From assembly GCA_964016885.1 (NCBI GenBank), contig OZ024740.1:233864001-233928000 (forward strand): a stretch of 64,000 nt of DNA, read 5' to 3'. Below are positions 1 through 13,399 of the stretch, piece by piece. Numbering within the stretch: the stretch's first letter is position 1; the number at the start of each line of letters is the position of its first letter. The translations under genes and the position numbers were made by a program. The stretch comes from Eledone cirrhosa. Taxonomy: Eukaryota. Below the pieces are notes generated by a model. It saw only the letters and a program-made list of their open reading frames with translations. It was not told the DNA's origin and searched no databases.

Positions 1-1340
1 AAGCCCAACGTGAACCTGCAATATATAAACAGGCACTCGGACCACCCCAAGTCTGTAATAGACGCCATAGTAAAAGGGGTATACAACCGCGTATCCACCC
101 TGTCGGCTAACGCAGATGTGTTTAACCAGTACGCCGATTATTATAATGAGGCACTGCACAAGGCCGGTTACACAGAAGCCATAGTGTAGACCCCAGACAG
201 GGAAGGGCCTAGCGGCGAGAAACGCCGATACGCGGATATAAATAGTACTTTCCTAGATAGGCAGAACACCCGGGAACACGCATCTAGTGCTAGAGCTAGT
301 AATATAGGTTACCGCAGGGACACAAAACTGACGCTAAGACAAACGAAGGCACACGGGGACTATAGACCACATAGTACACGCAGACAGAATCTCAACACAA
401 ACGCAATACGTGACGAGGGAACTAGAGCTAGTGACAGAGTAAAGGCAGCACAGGAAGTGGAACCAGATAGAGGGAATACCTGGATCAATAGCATAGGCAT
501 AGTTCCGACAGTAGCACCAGATAACAATAATTGGATTATCCATAGGGCCGACACACTAGAACAGAATATTTTAGTAAGCGAACGGTGTAATCCGGACACA
601 CATGGTAGATATAAGAATAGTGGTAGCATAGGGGATGAACTAACGGGTAGGCACAACCCGGGAGGGAAAGCTGACCTTGCACACACTACTACACACACGA
701 CGAAATAGTACAAGGTCTATGACTATTACGTGGTTTAACGCGCCGTATTCGAAGCATGTATGCACTAATGTACCAGGCCTCTTCTTCAGAGCATTGGACG
801 AGTGCTTCCCGGCGTCGAATAGGTACCACAGGATATTCAACCGCCACAGAGTGAAGTTCTCCTTTTTCATCGCACCTAACATGGCAGACTATATGGCCAA
901 AACCAATGCAGTGGAGTTGGGGGAAATTCGACTGCTAACTACTGCAGGCGACCGACGATCCTGGGGGGCCGGGAGGACCACATGGATGTAGGGTCATTAA
1001 CTATGGCCCGGTTCCCACGGTAGACGATCTACCCGCGGAAGACACAGTACTCGACAACCAGGTGGCACTGATCGACAGATAGGAGCCCACCGCTCCGGCA
1101 GAACAACACCCAGCGAACCGGAAGAACGCAGCTAAAAGGCCAGGACCCCGCGTAAGGAATGAGCAGCATACAGCCCGAACATGCAACTGCCGAGTGGGCA
1201 CACAATGCTCTCTGCAGGGAAGATGCCTAACGAAGGGTGCCGTCTACAAATTTGTGGTTAAAACGCACAACACCAAGCGCACCTACATCGGCGCAGCATC
1301 CACGACATTTAAATCGAGGATGTACAATCACATAAACTCT
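1..1340 (+). mobile_element. Penelope-like retroelement fragment (RT thumb/linker and start of GIY-YIG), degenerate
   Basis: Translates across stops and frameshifts to KPNVNLQYINRHSDHPKSVI..YYNEALHKAGY, TWFNAPYSKHVCTN, CNCRVGTQCSLQGRCL..VY..TYIG. Collinear with the PLE ORF at 30696-32762. Confidence 0.85.
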
Positions 1341-2208
1341 GGCACCACGTATGATCTCAACTGAATATCGTTCAACGTGCTAATGCATATTCGTTCGGCA
1401 AGAGGAAGTGCAGGCTGTGCCTGCCCGAGATAGTGGAATAAAAGGATGACGTGGTCAACCTGAAATCGGAGATCATCATGACATGTAGACACCAACGAAG
1501 GTGCACATTCTCCGGATGGCGCCAACTAGAACCATGCGGGGAAGCAGGTGTCAGTCGAAGTGACGGCGCGGGTCCATGGGATTGAACATCATACCTTGAT
1601 GACTATGTATGCTGTATGGGGCATATCGACACACTCATTGCTGTACATTTGACTCTGTACTTTATCTTAAATACCGCCGTCGCAGTAGTCAGGACACGCC
1701 TGTTCAATTTCCATGGGTATACTCAATCCCGTATCATACATCACTAAGGCACTCTGTTTCAGCCACAGTAACATACTACGTTACAAACTGTTTTTCCGTT
1801 CTCCCCGCATATACATTTTGTTATGTAGTGTGTGTATTTTCTCTACGTATTGCATTATGCAACGTTTTATGTATTTTTGGATGTACAACCTCATGTGTAT
1901 TTTTTATATACTTTTTATATGTTTTAAGTATATCCTTTACATTTTCCTATGAGCTCCCTATATGTAATTTTGTTTATAAGGTTTCTGTATGCCAACTCAG
2001 TCAACCTGTGCATCAAAGCGAGTCGGCATATACGTATATACCGCTACGTGACATGCTGCCTGCATTCTTTGACGTATCCACCATATGTACACATTTTTGT
2101 ATTTTTTACGTATTTCTTCACATAAAATTTCTTTGTGCATGTTTCTATACACTTTCCAAGTATTTTTGTACAGTTTCTTTTCATGTGTGTTTACGTGTGT
2201 GTGTGTGA

Positions 2209-2282
<74 letters not shown>

Positions 2283-2379
2283 CTGTGTGTGTGTCTGTGT
2301 GTGTATGTGAGTAGGCATGACTGACTACATATGTACGCGTGGGTATATGTACGTGTGTATATGTGTGGGTACGCATATA

Positions 2380-2446
<67 letters not shown>

Positions 2447-2579
2447 CTGTATGGATAGATATATGTATATCTGTGGGTCCCTGTATGTGTACGTGCATGC
2501 GTATGTCTGTGTATGCATGTACCTATATGTGAGGGGTCATTATATGTATGTAGACGTGTGAACGCAAACGCACGAACTC

Positions 2580-2612
<33 letters not shown>

Positions 2613-3256
2613 CCGCACAGATAACCGTGCGATCAATGGCTCGGAATGCCTGTATATGTGTGAGCACACGTGTGTGAGCACACGTGTGTGAGCACACGTG
2701 TGTGTGGGTGTATATGTGTAGGGCGACGGGCTAGCCAGGAATGGCAAGGCAGTTCACTGAGCAGTAATTTTTGGTGACAAAATTTAGGTGAGTCACAGCT
2801 CACACCTGAATGGAAATGATTAGTGAGAAGATTTGAATGGTCAAACACACAGATGACGTCTCGAACTATCAACCAATCGACGGGCCGCGCAAACAGGATG
2901 ATGGCAGATGATAGAAATTCGAAAGGTCGGAGTCCAGCAGAAAGGGGATTTGCTTCGAAATCACTAGACGTATCGGAGATATTTGAGAATCCAGAGTCAG
3001 GTTCGATCCACAAACAGGTCGTACCTCGAGCTGTTCGCCGGAGAAACAATTGTAATACGTAATTAATTGTGTCCCGATGCATCACTGATTCTTCGTTTTC
3101 TATATTATTATACTCTGCTCCGAAGGAGCATAGAGTGCACAACCGGCATACCGCCTATGTACGAACCGAAGCAACTTTACTACAAATATATATATATATA
3201 TAAATTAATAAAAATAATGAATAAACAAAGAAACAGTTCCTTATATTAAAAAATTC

Positions 3257-3390
3257 ATCATTTTACGATCGTTTCTAGGATATATATGTTAGTGTTGGTA
3301 TGCATATCCTATAGATCTATGTAAAGTTTTTACAAACTATCAGAAGGAATATACATACCTACACATATATATGCTGTCTTCAGAAATAAT
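3257..3390 (-). ncRNA. Type I hammerhead ribozyme motif with about 100-nt helix II insertion
   Basis: Minus strand: ATTATTT-CTGAAGA-[cAGcATATATATGT...ACATATATATcCTa]-GAAA-CGATCG-TA-AAATGAT. Helix I is 7 bp and helix III is palindromic (ACGATCGT). Confidence 0.6.
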
Positions 3391-3409
3391 TAGATTATCC
3401 AGATTTATC

Positions 3410-3479
<70 letters not shown>

Positions 3480-3710
3480 AGTATATGTGTATGTATGAGT
3501 GTATATATATACACTCATATATATATATAAATATATATATATGCACAATATAATATACATACATATGTACATACATACACAAGCTATGTTCTAGCCACTA
3601 TTTTGTCTATTGTGCCAACCATAAATAGAATTCTTGTAGTTCAGCTGCCAAAACTATGTAAGCCATATCATTATGATCTATAAATATAATATACAATATA
3701 TATATATATA

Positions 3711-4201
3711 TGTGGCGACGTGGTTAGTCAGTCTAGTCACTACTTCTGATCAGATCCGAGAATAGCCCTTAGAAGGACTCTTATCGCATACGGTCTGATC
3801 AGATCTGAAGATAGCCCTTAAAAGGACTGTTGTCGCATATAGCCCTTAAAAGAACTGTTGAGGATGGACAGACGAAAGCACAAGTTGAAAGGACGAAGCA
3901 AGGCGAGATGTAAATTCGATCAGCTATTTATTTTCACATGAAGCGACGATACGAGGTACAAGGCGCGTGTGAGTGACAAAGCGTGGCAGAGGCGAGGAAC
4001 AACGATGCGCTAGCTGACTGTCAAATGTCGACTGGCGAAGTGTTTGGAACCACTCTATTTATACAGAAACAATCGTTTGATGTTTAGCCGATGTGTAGGC
4101 GTTTATTCTGGTAGGTTTTAAGAGTTCTTTTGTTTCACGTTGAAGTAGCTAGCTAACAGGTAGATGGCGCTGTATATTTCACAGATGTTATTTCCGGTGG
4201 C

Positions 4202-4207
<6 letters not shown>
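3711..4207 (-). mobile_element. Probable solo LTR inserted in a (TA)n tract
   Basis: About 497 bp with TG...CA ends and flanked by (TA)n. Minus strand has TATAAATAG (4055-4063) upstream of AATAAA (3927-3932). Confidence 0.55.
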
Positions 4208-4262
<55 letters not shown>

Positions 4263-4487
4263 GTGTAAATTTTTCATTCATATATATTTTTATTTGTCTG
4301 ACCCGAATTTTCTTGGTCGTATTTTTGGCTGTGCGAATGATTGTTTAAGCATCGTCTCAGTGTGTTGGTATTAAACGTTAGTTATAGCTCTGGTTTATCC
4401 GAACCATTGAGCACTTTGCCACACATTTCGAAGATTGTGTTTCGTTATTTCGGGGGCTGAAGTTCCGATTCTCGATAATTTATTTGT

Positions 4488-4518
<31 letters not shown>

Positions 4519-4554
4519 ATTAATAAATGGAAACTATATTTATAAAACCATATT

Positions 4555-4619
4555 TATTTCATTATATATATTTCAAGGATACCAAGTTAAATCATGGTAT
4601 GCCTTCATCAGATAAAATA
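4555..4619 (-). ncRNA. Type I hammerhead ribozyme (family also at 17251, 50874, 53277)
   Basis: TATTTTAT-CTGATGA-AGGcATACCA..TGGTATCCTT-GAAA-TATATA-TA-ATGAAATA. Helix I is 8 bp, helix III is palindromic, and the cleavage triplet is AUA. Confidence 0.75.
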
Positions 4620-5336
4620 CAATATATAACAGTTTTATAAATAGATATTGACGTACCCTTTCAAAAAGGTGACCGTTGTTTTTGGAGGCCATCCGGAATA
4701 AATATATATATATATATTTATTTATTTATATATATATATATATAAGAGAGAGTGTTAAAGTTTGCTTGAAGCATTGTGGAATATGCAGATGGGCAAATCT
4801 CCGGCTAACAAAATCAGGTGGTATTAAGAGAGGGAGAAGTAGGAGGAAGAGTAGAAAGAGACGTAGAGAGCGTAAAAGAACGTGGGAAAGATGTAAAGAG
4901 TAACAAGAGATAGAATTACCCTGGAAGCGATTTAATAGTCCATATATTTCGGATGTCACAGCCATCAGCAGGGAGGTTTTCCGAGGGGAAAGAGTTGTGT
5001 CCGAGAAGGACAACACGTAGCATTCGTTGTTTACCGTGCGCGTGCAAAAATTCTCTATCGGGCGCATGTGCACGCGGTATTGGTGCGGTCAGATAAAGTT
5101 CGCAACAGTTCTTCTATATTAGAGTAGTGTGGTGGTGGGTTTGTGTGTACGTATCATTGCTGCGAAGTCTTTGCGTTCTCTCAGTGGTAGTTAGGTCAGT
5201 GGCGTGCATGGTGATAGTAGTCTGCTCGTCTGTGATCTGTTTGTATTGGACGGTGGATGGTAACCACAATATACACATAAAAGAATTAGCTCGACTGTCA
5301 CTCTGTGAGTCTGTGTGTTGTTGTTGTTCTATTTAT

Positions 5337-5895
5337 TTATACCAGCCATCTCATCTCACTTCTCTCGGATCGATTATTGATTCGTGGTCCGAGACATTTA
5401 ATCCACTGTGCTTCCTTGATCCTTAAAATGCCGACGTTGCGCTCCGTCGCTAACACTCTGACAATGGCTCCGTCTTTTTTTCTGCATTTGATTATGTGTT
5501 TTCGGAAAGACGAGGCTCTAGTGGTGACATGTTCCTTGACTCGGACGTGTAGACGCCGGGTGGTGCTACCAATGTAAAATTCGTTACACCTGTCACATTC
5601 TATCCTGTATACAACGTAGGTGCGTAAGCAACAGTTCTCTGACGTATCGGACAGTTGTTGAGGAAACAGGTGTCATCCGATTTGTCATGGAGAGGCATCT
5701 CCGTAGGAAGGGCCCCGAGTGGACCAAGTGGATGTCGAGACCCTCCCTCCGTATGGATAGCGCTGGTGGTTTCTTCACCCAGGTTCTGGATTTTAAGGAA
5801 ACACTTACTTTTCGTGTTTCTCTGCCTCTTGTGTCTGGGGTCCCTTATTCCGTTTGTAAATGATGCTGGATATCAATTTGTCTCCAGCACCCTGT
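5337..5895 (-). mobile_element. Penelope-like element 3' fragment encoding a GIY-YIG endonuclease (different subfamily from the other PLEs here)
   Basis: Minus strand reads CLRTYVVYRIECDRCNEFYIGSTTRRLHVRVKEH...LRIKEAQWIKCLGPRINNRSE, then a stop. An upstream LETN*YP matches the PLE L..NGYP motif. Confidence 0.75.
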
Positions 5896-5917
5896 TGAAT
5901 TGCTATTTACATAACAT

Positions 5918-6050
5918 ATACGTCCCTTTACGATCTGAGTTCAAATCCTGCCGAGGTTGACTTTGCCTTTCATCCTTACGGGGTCGATAAAATAAAGTAC
6001 CAGTAATGTACTGGGTAATTGCTGGCCTTGTGCCAAAAGTAGAAACAATT
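5918..6050 (+). mobile_element. tRNA-derived SINE family A, 5'-truncated
   Basis: B box GTTCAAATCC and body CCGAGGTTRACTTTGCCTTTCATCCTTACGGGGTCGATAAAATAAAGTACCAG, shared with six other copies in the window. Confidence 0.8.
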
Positions 6051-6061
6051 ATATATATATA

Positions 6062-6930
6062 TGTTGGGTCAGAAAAGTTCCAGGACTGATGTCACAAAAG
6101 ATATATTTCAAACTCAAACTTCACACTAAGAGATTTCTCCTTCAAAGTAATCCCCCTGGAGTCTAATGCACTTTTCCATCGTTTTATGCCACGCTTGCAT
6201 GCACTCCGGGAAGGATTCTTCCGGGATCCTCCGCGGTTCCGTTGTCACCGCCTTTTTGATGTCGTTCATGTCTTCAAAACGGTTCCCCTCCGGGTCGTAC
6301 TCGAAGATCCATGACTCATCACCGGTGATGACTGTCCCTAGCAAGTCTGGTTCGGTTTCAAGACGCTTGAGGATGTTCTGGCACACTTGCATGCGTCGAC
6401 CCTTCTGGTCATCGTTCAGCAGTTTTGGCACCATCTTCGCGCAGACTTTCCGCATGTCCAAATCTTCAGTGAGAATCTTCCAGACGCTGTCCCGATTCAT
6501 GCCCAGCTCATTTGCCATCAGTCGAACAGTTAGCCGACGATCGCTACGTACCATCTGCCTGACGCGCTCAAAGTTGACCTCAGTCCTGATTGTTGAGAGC
6601 CGTCCACTCCTCGGGTCATCTTCCACGTGCTCGCGTCCTTCTTGCACCACTCAAAAACACGTGAGCGTGCCATCGTCTCATCTCCATACACTTGCTGCTT
6701 CTGACGGAGTTTTCAAGTTTGTTCGTTACTCTGTGCTCATTGCTTGACGGCCTGAAACAGAGGACATGTATATAAAATTATGAAGCAAAAAGTTTGATCG
6801 CTACAGAGAGCTAATATTACAGTTACATACTCCAGGGGGATTACTTTGAAGGAGAAAACTCTTAGTGTGAAGTTTGGGTTTGAAATAAATCTTTTGTGAC
6901 ATCAGTCCTGGAACTTTTCTGACACACCTC

Positions 6931-6931
<1 letters not shown>
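6062..6931 (-). mobile_element. Mariner DNA transposon, internally deleted
   Basis: About 100-bp terminal inverted repeats (6062-6162 / 6829-6931) flanked by TA. ORF 6126-6650 has DDPRSGR, MVPKLL (WVPHEL-like) and ITGDESW mariner motifs, but most of the DDD domain is missing. Confidence 0.9.
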
Positions 6932-7004
<73 letters not shown>

Positions 7005-7074
7005 ATGTATGTATGTATGTATGTATGTATGTATGTATGTATGTATGTATGTATATATATGTATGTATATGTAT

Positions 7075-7685
7075 GTCAGGTCACCAGTTGGTGCTACTGG
7101 TAACATGTATCCCAGTACAACCTGTCTCATGGTCGGGTCGTTGGCGACTAAACTGGCAACCCCACCAAGGTTTCTTGGTTAGGAGGGTGACTTTGGACAT
7201 CCTGCAGGACTAAAAACAAAACCTGTCAAAGGGCAAAGGAGCTCTTAAGAGTCAATGGCCATCCAAAATCACCGGGGGAGATGACCCCTTAGCCTTTGTC
7301 AAGGCAGAATTCTAGGAGATGGAAAACTCTGATATAACACCTGCAGCCCTGATGGTATCCAATGATGTTGACTTGTTCTTCTTTTTGGTAAATATCATCT
7401 TGGTTAAGAGAGTGGGACTGGCTTTGTGCAGTGCCTTTGCTCACTATAAAAGCTTCACGTCACAGGCATTGCTTTATATCTGGAAATCTCTCTGCACTTG
7501 ACGTCACATGGTACCATGGGCCAGTACTATGTGTCAATAATTGTCACAAGTGTAGTGTTTGTACCAGAGTTTTCAAGTCCCTGGCTGGACTAAAATGTCA
7601 CACTCGTTCAACGCATCGGTAGGGGTTCTCCTACATGGATATAAAGTAGTGACCGTACTCGAAAACGAGTTGGCAGCCACCATAT
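7075..7685 (+). mobile_element. Non-autonomous bipartite RTE derivative (RTE 5' UTR joined to RTE 3' end)
   Basis: 7310-7472 resembles the RTE 5' UTR at 34218-34400. 7545-7622 encodes CSVCTRVFKSLAGLKCHTRSTH, like the last finger of the RTE ORF. Related copies lie at 23835-24025 and 49545-49812 (minus). Confidence 0.75.
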
Positions 7686-7714
7686 GTATATATATATATA
7701 TAGGAAAAAGTATG

Positions 7715-7810
7715 ACCTCGACGGCAGAGCTCAAGCCGTTTCGACGGCTAATTCTGGACTAAATTAGAATTTTTAGCCTGGTGCATAAATAGCCGAACTT
7801 GTCAAGGGGT
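7715..7810 (-). ncRNA. Hammerhead ribozyme, U3-A8 core variant, full helix III
   Basis: ACCCC-TTGACAA-GTTCGGCTA...TAGCCGTC-GAAA-CGGC(ttgagctct)GCCG-TC-GAGGT. The related fragment at 50051-50082 has GGGGT, which completes helix I. Confidence 0.7.
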
Positions 7811-9916
7811 ACTTCCTTACATGGGAATATTGTAGTTGTCAAGAGGATTGGTTAACATTTGTTGTAAACACAAATAAGTCTATCATGGCATTTGGTGGGA
7901 GGTAGGGGTGGCTGAACTTGCCTGTAGAACAATGGGGGTGAGTGGAGCCGGTAAAGCGTTGATTGCAGGGGTGGGGGGGAACTGATGCTACAGAGGCCCG
8001 ATGGGCTGCATCGTGGTAGGCGAAAGGGGAAAAGCAGACGAGGAAGAAAATAGGGGCTGGAAGGAAGTGATAGAATGAGACAGGGGGAAGAAGAAGACAT
8101 AGAGGAAAAGAAAAGAGATACATCTACCTATGTAAGTTGGGGTTTCCCCTAACTTATTCGGCAAGTGTGTGTGTGGGGGGGGGGGGGTATCAGCCCTTGT
8201 CTACCCACCGGGGCCGTTATGAGGTTTGAGGGCGAGGTAAGTCCTACGCAATCTGTGTTTGCATGCGGTTACCAGTTCGCCTTTCTTGTTTAGGAGTTGG
8301 TCCTTCGAAAACACCATTTGTAATGTTTCCTCCGAGCATAAGTTACACGGATACCGTCCTCCCGTGTAAGAGTTAACTCTGGACAGTAAGCTCCAAGTGA
8401 GATTGTAGGTTATATTTTTATCTTGGAGGTCCCAGATGTGGCCCGAAAGTGTAGTGGCATGTCGCCGGACCGGGTTTCGGGAAGTATGTCGGTGTTGGTA
8501 GAGCCGGGTCTTGAAGTCACACGTGGTTAATCCTATATAAGCTTTGTTGGAGGTGTTCGTCCTCACGTTGCACTGGTAGATCACATTACGTTCTTAGCTT
8601 TTTTTGTTGTTGAGGGGGCACGTAGTTCTATCAGGGCAGTTACACCTCCAGGTCGGCTCTCCACTGATGTCTAGGTTGTTTCTTCCATAGGGGTTGAGTT
8701 TTTTGTTGTTTGAGGAGACGATGTTTTGTGCGAAGTTAGGTGTGGTGCTGTAGGAGAGTTTGATGGTGTTTTTATTGATTGTGTTGTGGTAGCGGTGTTG
8801 TAGTGGGAAGTGTTTTTCGAGGAGCCTAAAGAAGATTTTCCCGATAGGTGTTGCCAGGATTGAACCACGTTACGTTGCGTAAGCAGCGGTGTCGCCTGCT
8901 GGTTCCGCTAAGGGAAGCTGGATAAAAGGATATTTCCTCCCGGAAGCCACTCCGCTTGAGGGCCTGGTTGTAATGAGGCGCATGTTCGTCGAATATCTGC
9001 TCATTAGCGGACAAACGAGATATGCGGAGGGAGATGTTTTTAACCAGGTTAATGGTGATGTTTCTAGGATGGTTAGAGCGGCGGTAGATGTAGTGCAGGT
9101 TGTCGTTTCGTTTCCTATAAGGGTAGTACAGATCATTTTCGAGGTTAAGAGTAACGTCCAGGAAATTGACTCGGGTTAGGGACGTTTGTATGGGGATTTT
9201 AAATCCCCAGTCCCGGAAGAAGTTGATTAGTTGTTTACAGACCCGGTCTGTACTACTGGGGTTGTACCCTTTGAGGGTGAGGAGCCTATCATCCCGGTAC
9301 AATCCACCGCCGAATGCAGGAAACATTTCGGTGAGTTTAAATAGTAGGAATAATCCTATAAGATCTGTAACCTCGGCCGAATCCGTCGCGCCCATACTGA
9401 CGTCGAAGGGGTAGTCAGGAGCTCTCTTTATCCACTTGGAGTTGTCGAAAAGTAGGACTGTCTTCCTGGCATGGAGAATGATGGGTCAGTGATGGGTGTG
9501 AGTGTTTCGGCAAAGCCCAAGGCGGCCGTAAGGAGCGGTAAGGTAATATATGTATAGTAACTTATTAACTTATTAAGCTGTAATTGTAAGATAGCATTGT
9601 GATTTTTTTCTTCATTCCTCACTATCTAATTCTATATATATTTTTTATTTATTTCTATTATCTTTTATTATCTCCTACTCTCATTCGAATTACCTATTCT
9701 ATAACCTCCCTCCTCTATTTCATACACTATCCTTAGAATCTGCTGTATACATATCACTTTCAACGCTTGACCGGCTCCACTCCCCCCCCCCCCATTATTC
9801 TACAGGCAGGTTCAGCCACCCCTACCTCCCACCAAATGCCATGATAGACTTATTTGTGTTTACAACAAATTTTAACCAATCCTCTTGACAACTACAATCT
9901 TCCCATATAAGGAGGT

Positions 9917-10012
9917 ACCAGCTTGACAAGTTCGGCTATTTATGCACCAGGCTAAAAATTCTAATTTAGTCCAGAAATAGCCGTAGAAACGGCTTGAGCT
10001 CTGCTGTCGGGT
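9917..10012 (+). ncRNA. Inverted copy of the U3-A8 hammerhead (more decayed)
   Basis: TTGACAA-GTTCGGCTATTT...AAATAGCCGTA-GAAA-CGGC..GCTG-TC-GGGT. Confidence 0.55.
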
Positions 10013-11035
10013 TCATACATTCGTTGTCAGCTAATAGCTTTCCTCTTTTCTGTAATAAGCATTTGATGGGGATTTCTTGTTGCTGGATTCAATGGAAGAA
10101 TCATTCAAGGAGGGGTGTTATGAACTTTTCAGAACTCCATATCAGGCTTTTACTGTCGCTCGTCCCTTCTATGGTCTGTGTTTATCGTTTCATGTTCGCA
10201 TATACAACATTCTCAGTGAACAAACTTATTTTGCTTACGTATTGAAAATGTTCAAATGTTCTTGGCAGAGAGATCTATGTCAGCTCTAATTTCATGTTTC
10301 TTCTCTATTTCAATTGATATCTAAACAATATTGTTATTTCCATCGTTGTAAACCACGGCAAGATGGATTATAACTTTTTCTTCTGTTTCTTCACCGCTAA
10401 AATCCGGCTAATGTCCGATATTGATATGCATTTTAGATCCTGGCTATCCTGCTAATATGGGAAATATATCTTATTCACATTCCAATTCTTGTTAAAATTT
10501 CCAACAACACTGAGCAGCTTGCGAAGCCTTATATCCAGCTCATTCAGTTCTTGCATTGCTTCTTATCCCCTCCAATAAGCAATGTGGTGTACAATGCTTT
10601 GGTCAGGCGTTGGATAGCAGCTACTAGTGGTTATGGGACTTTAGCTAACTATAAAGCCCCTATAATCCACCCATGGTTGTCCAGCCAAGCTATTGAAAAG
10701 ATTATTTGGTTCTTTGCTGTATTTCCTGGGATCATTTTGTTATTTAGTAGCTGCTTCATGCAGCATTATATGTCCTTCTTTCTTGCTCAAGTGTTATGAT
10801 GTTATTGGTGGCATAATAATCCTGCGAGAACAGATTGAGGCACCCACTGTATAATTTGTACTGACTGTTCTGGTAGGCTAAAATCCTGTATCTACAAACT
10901 GTCTCTCTAAATTTTCTCTTAAGTGTTTCTGTTGATGTATAAAAGTGTTATCTGTTTTGCATTTCATAATCATAATTACATACACGCATGGTATCTGGAT
11001 GCATTATGTCTTGACAATTTCTTATCCTTGAATTA

Positions 11036-11135
<100 letters not shown>

Positions 11136-11456
11136 AATTAATATATCTACCGACATATGTCGGTAGATATATTAATTCTTTATAATTATCTCCAAATTAT
11201 TTGTTGAGCAATATATGCCGAAATTACTACTGTGACTGATAGTAGTGGCTAGGCTCTGTCTTAATAGCACCCCCACTCCAAGCTTATTAACCTCAGTGTC
11301 ACGTGATTGATTCTTTTGAATTTGCCACTTGACCAAGAAGGCAGTGAATTTTTCAATGGCTTGGAATCTAGCCCCACTCGCTTTTTCCATCCACTGGATT
11401 ATTTGTATATAAGTTCCCAGTGTCCCCGCATTGCCTGGAAGCTTAGCTGAGAATAG

Positions 11457-11535
11457 ACTCCCTGATGACGTAAGGCTTCTCTATAGTTATTACGTAACTA
11501 TATTTATCCCCTTACAGAAACTAATTAGTTGGAGT
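11457..11535 (+). ncRNA. Type I hammerhead ribozyme with extended helix II
   Basis: ACTCC-CTGATGA-cGTAAGG..[TATAGTTA-ttacg-TAACTATA]..CCTTACa-GAAA-CTAATTAG-TT-GGAGT. Helix I is a perfect 5 bp and helix III is palindromic. Confidence 0.8.
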
Positions 11536-11582
11536 GAAATTTTAGTAAGTAAGTCAATTTTCATAACTTTCTTATTTACGTC

Positions 11583-11785
<203 letters not shown>

Positions 11786-13399
11786 TATGTATTTCTTTAG
11801 TAAGATTATTGATATGAAATCGTGTGTTGAAATCGATATTGTCATATTTGAGGATGGTCATGTTGCCAGTATTACCAAAATAAAAGTCTTCATTGTGTTG
11901 CTTGATTTGCCGGTTGTTTGCTTGTTTTTTTTGTTAGTCAGTTGGTAGGTTGGTTGGTAGGTAGGTTAGTTGGCTGGCTGGCTGGCTGATTTCTTGCTTG
12001 ATTAATTGATTGGTTGATTGGTTGATTGGTTGAGTGGTTGATGTTTATCTACCTACAATGCACCGATTTGATTTCGTCACTGCATGTTTCGAATCACTTC
12101 AGTTATAAAATATTTTCTCCGCTTGTAGATTCGAAATAAATTTCTCCGTGGTATCTATTGACGATAAATAAGCTAACTCCCCAATGTCACTCTATATTGT
12201 AGCTATTTATAAGTAAGTGAAATGTAGCTCATTCCAGCAATGATGTCTCTTTACAACAGTATTATGTGTGCTGCTTTATATAGAGAATTGAATGAACAGT
12301 TTAAATCAGTGAACCATCTCCATATAGAAAGTATCTCTTATGAAAGATAAGATACCTTCCTAAAATGCATGAGATCTGTTTAATATATACTTCAATATTG
12401 GATTTGTTTATAATAGAGACCACAAAGGAGCCCCTAAGTGGCTGCTCGACCTGCTGGAAATAGCAGCTAAATCACTAACTAAAGTACATAGTATTGATTT
12501 AAAAAGGGGAGGGGGAAAAAGTCAATTTTGATAGTGTACTCCTAGATACACAAAGCAAAAAAAAAATGCAGGGTTATGATGAAATAGTCTTAATCACATG
12601 TCTGCTCAGTCATCGTTGACTATAGGTCTAAACAACACAAAACAATTACGGCATTATATATTAGTTGGTTAGCAGTTTCCAACAGTTCATCTTTACACAA
12701 AGTTAGTCTGCATCAATCCATGGTAGTTATTTACAAAATAGTGTATTACTTCTGTACCGGTACGCGGATAGGTACACAAAGGCATGGGAAAATAAATATA
12801 TTTCATCTCCCCATAATTGAGTGTATTTCTGATGCTGTGAAATCTCGACTTTTTGTTAGGTAAACAGAAACATTTCAAATCGTTAAAGTCAACTATACGA
12901 TTACCTTTCTGAGTTTTGAATCATTTCACTGCAGTTTTGCCAACACTGATCTTCGTTAAAGTATAAAAGTCAATATGTAATTAGAATATACTTGCTATCA
13001 AAAGAATTTTATTTCCCAAACACCTCATTTTACCAATACATGGGAAATAATTCATATAGGCAAAGGGAGATAACTTTTATTCAAGGGAGAAAATTCTGGC
13101 TTTTCTTTTTACCTATTTCTAGGCAAATTGTTACAGTTTGTGTTGGCGAATAGTAAATCATGCATTTGTAACAGTGAAATATATTTTATACCGTAAGAAA
13201 AATTACTCTAACAAATTAAGTAGAACCATTCGTCAGAGAGATGCGTTGTTTTATAGATGTTGCACAAGACTTTGTACTTTCTTGGAGATTATATTGACCA
13301 ATGAATTGATTCTAAACCTTGATAGTTACTTAACTTACCGATTCTGTAAAGATAAATGATTAGGGCATTATTATGTGAGATTCGATCTTTTATATAACA

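Larger units (their letters stand above)
7709..10018 (-). mobile_element. 5'-truncated Penelope-like element with inverted pseudo-LTR
   Basis: Broken ORF 8201-9560 with MGATDSAEVTDLIG, GLYRDD, TWFNP, CNC..CPL, IY..YIG and CNLC. Flanked by about 220-bp inverted repeats (7709-7929 / 9798-10018). Confidence 0.9.

Noticed and set aside
2968-3060. Hammerhead remnant (ACGTAT...GAAA-CAATTG-TA-ATACGT)
   Set aside because: Helix I and helix III fit, but the CUGANGA box is not recognisable.
10025-11035. Possible decayed transposase
   Set aside because: No motif could be identified with confidence.
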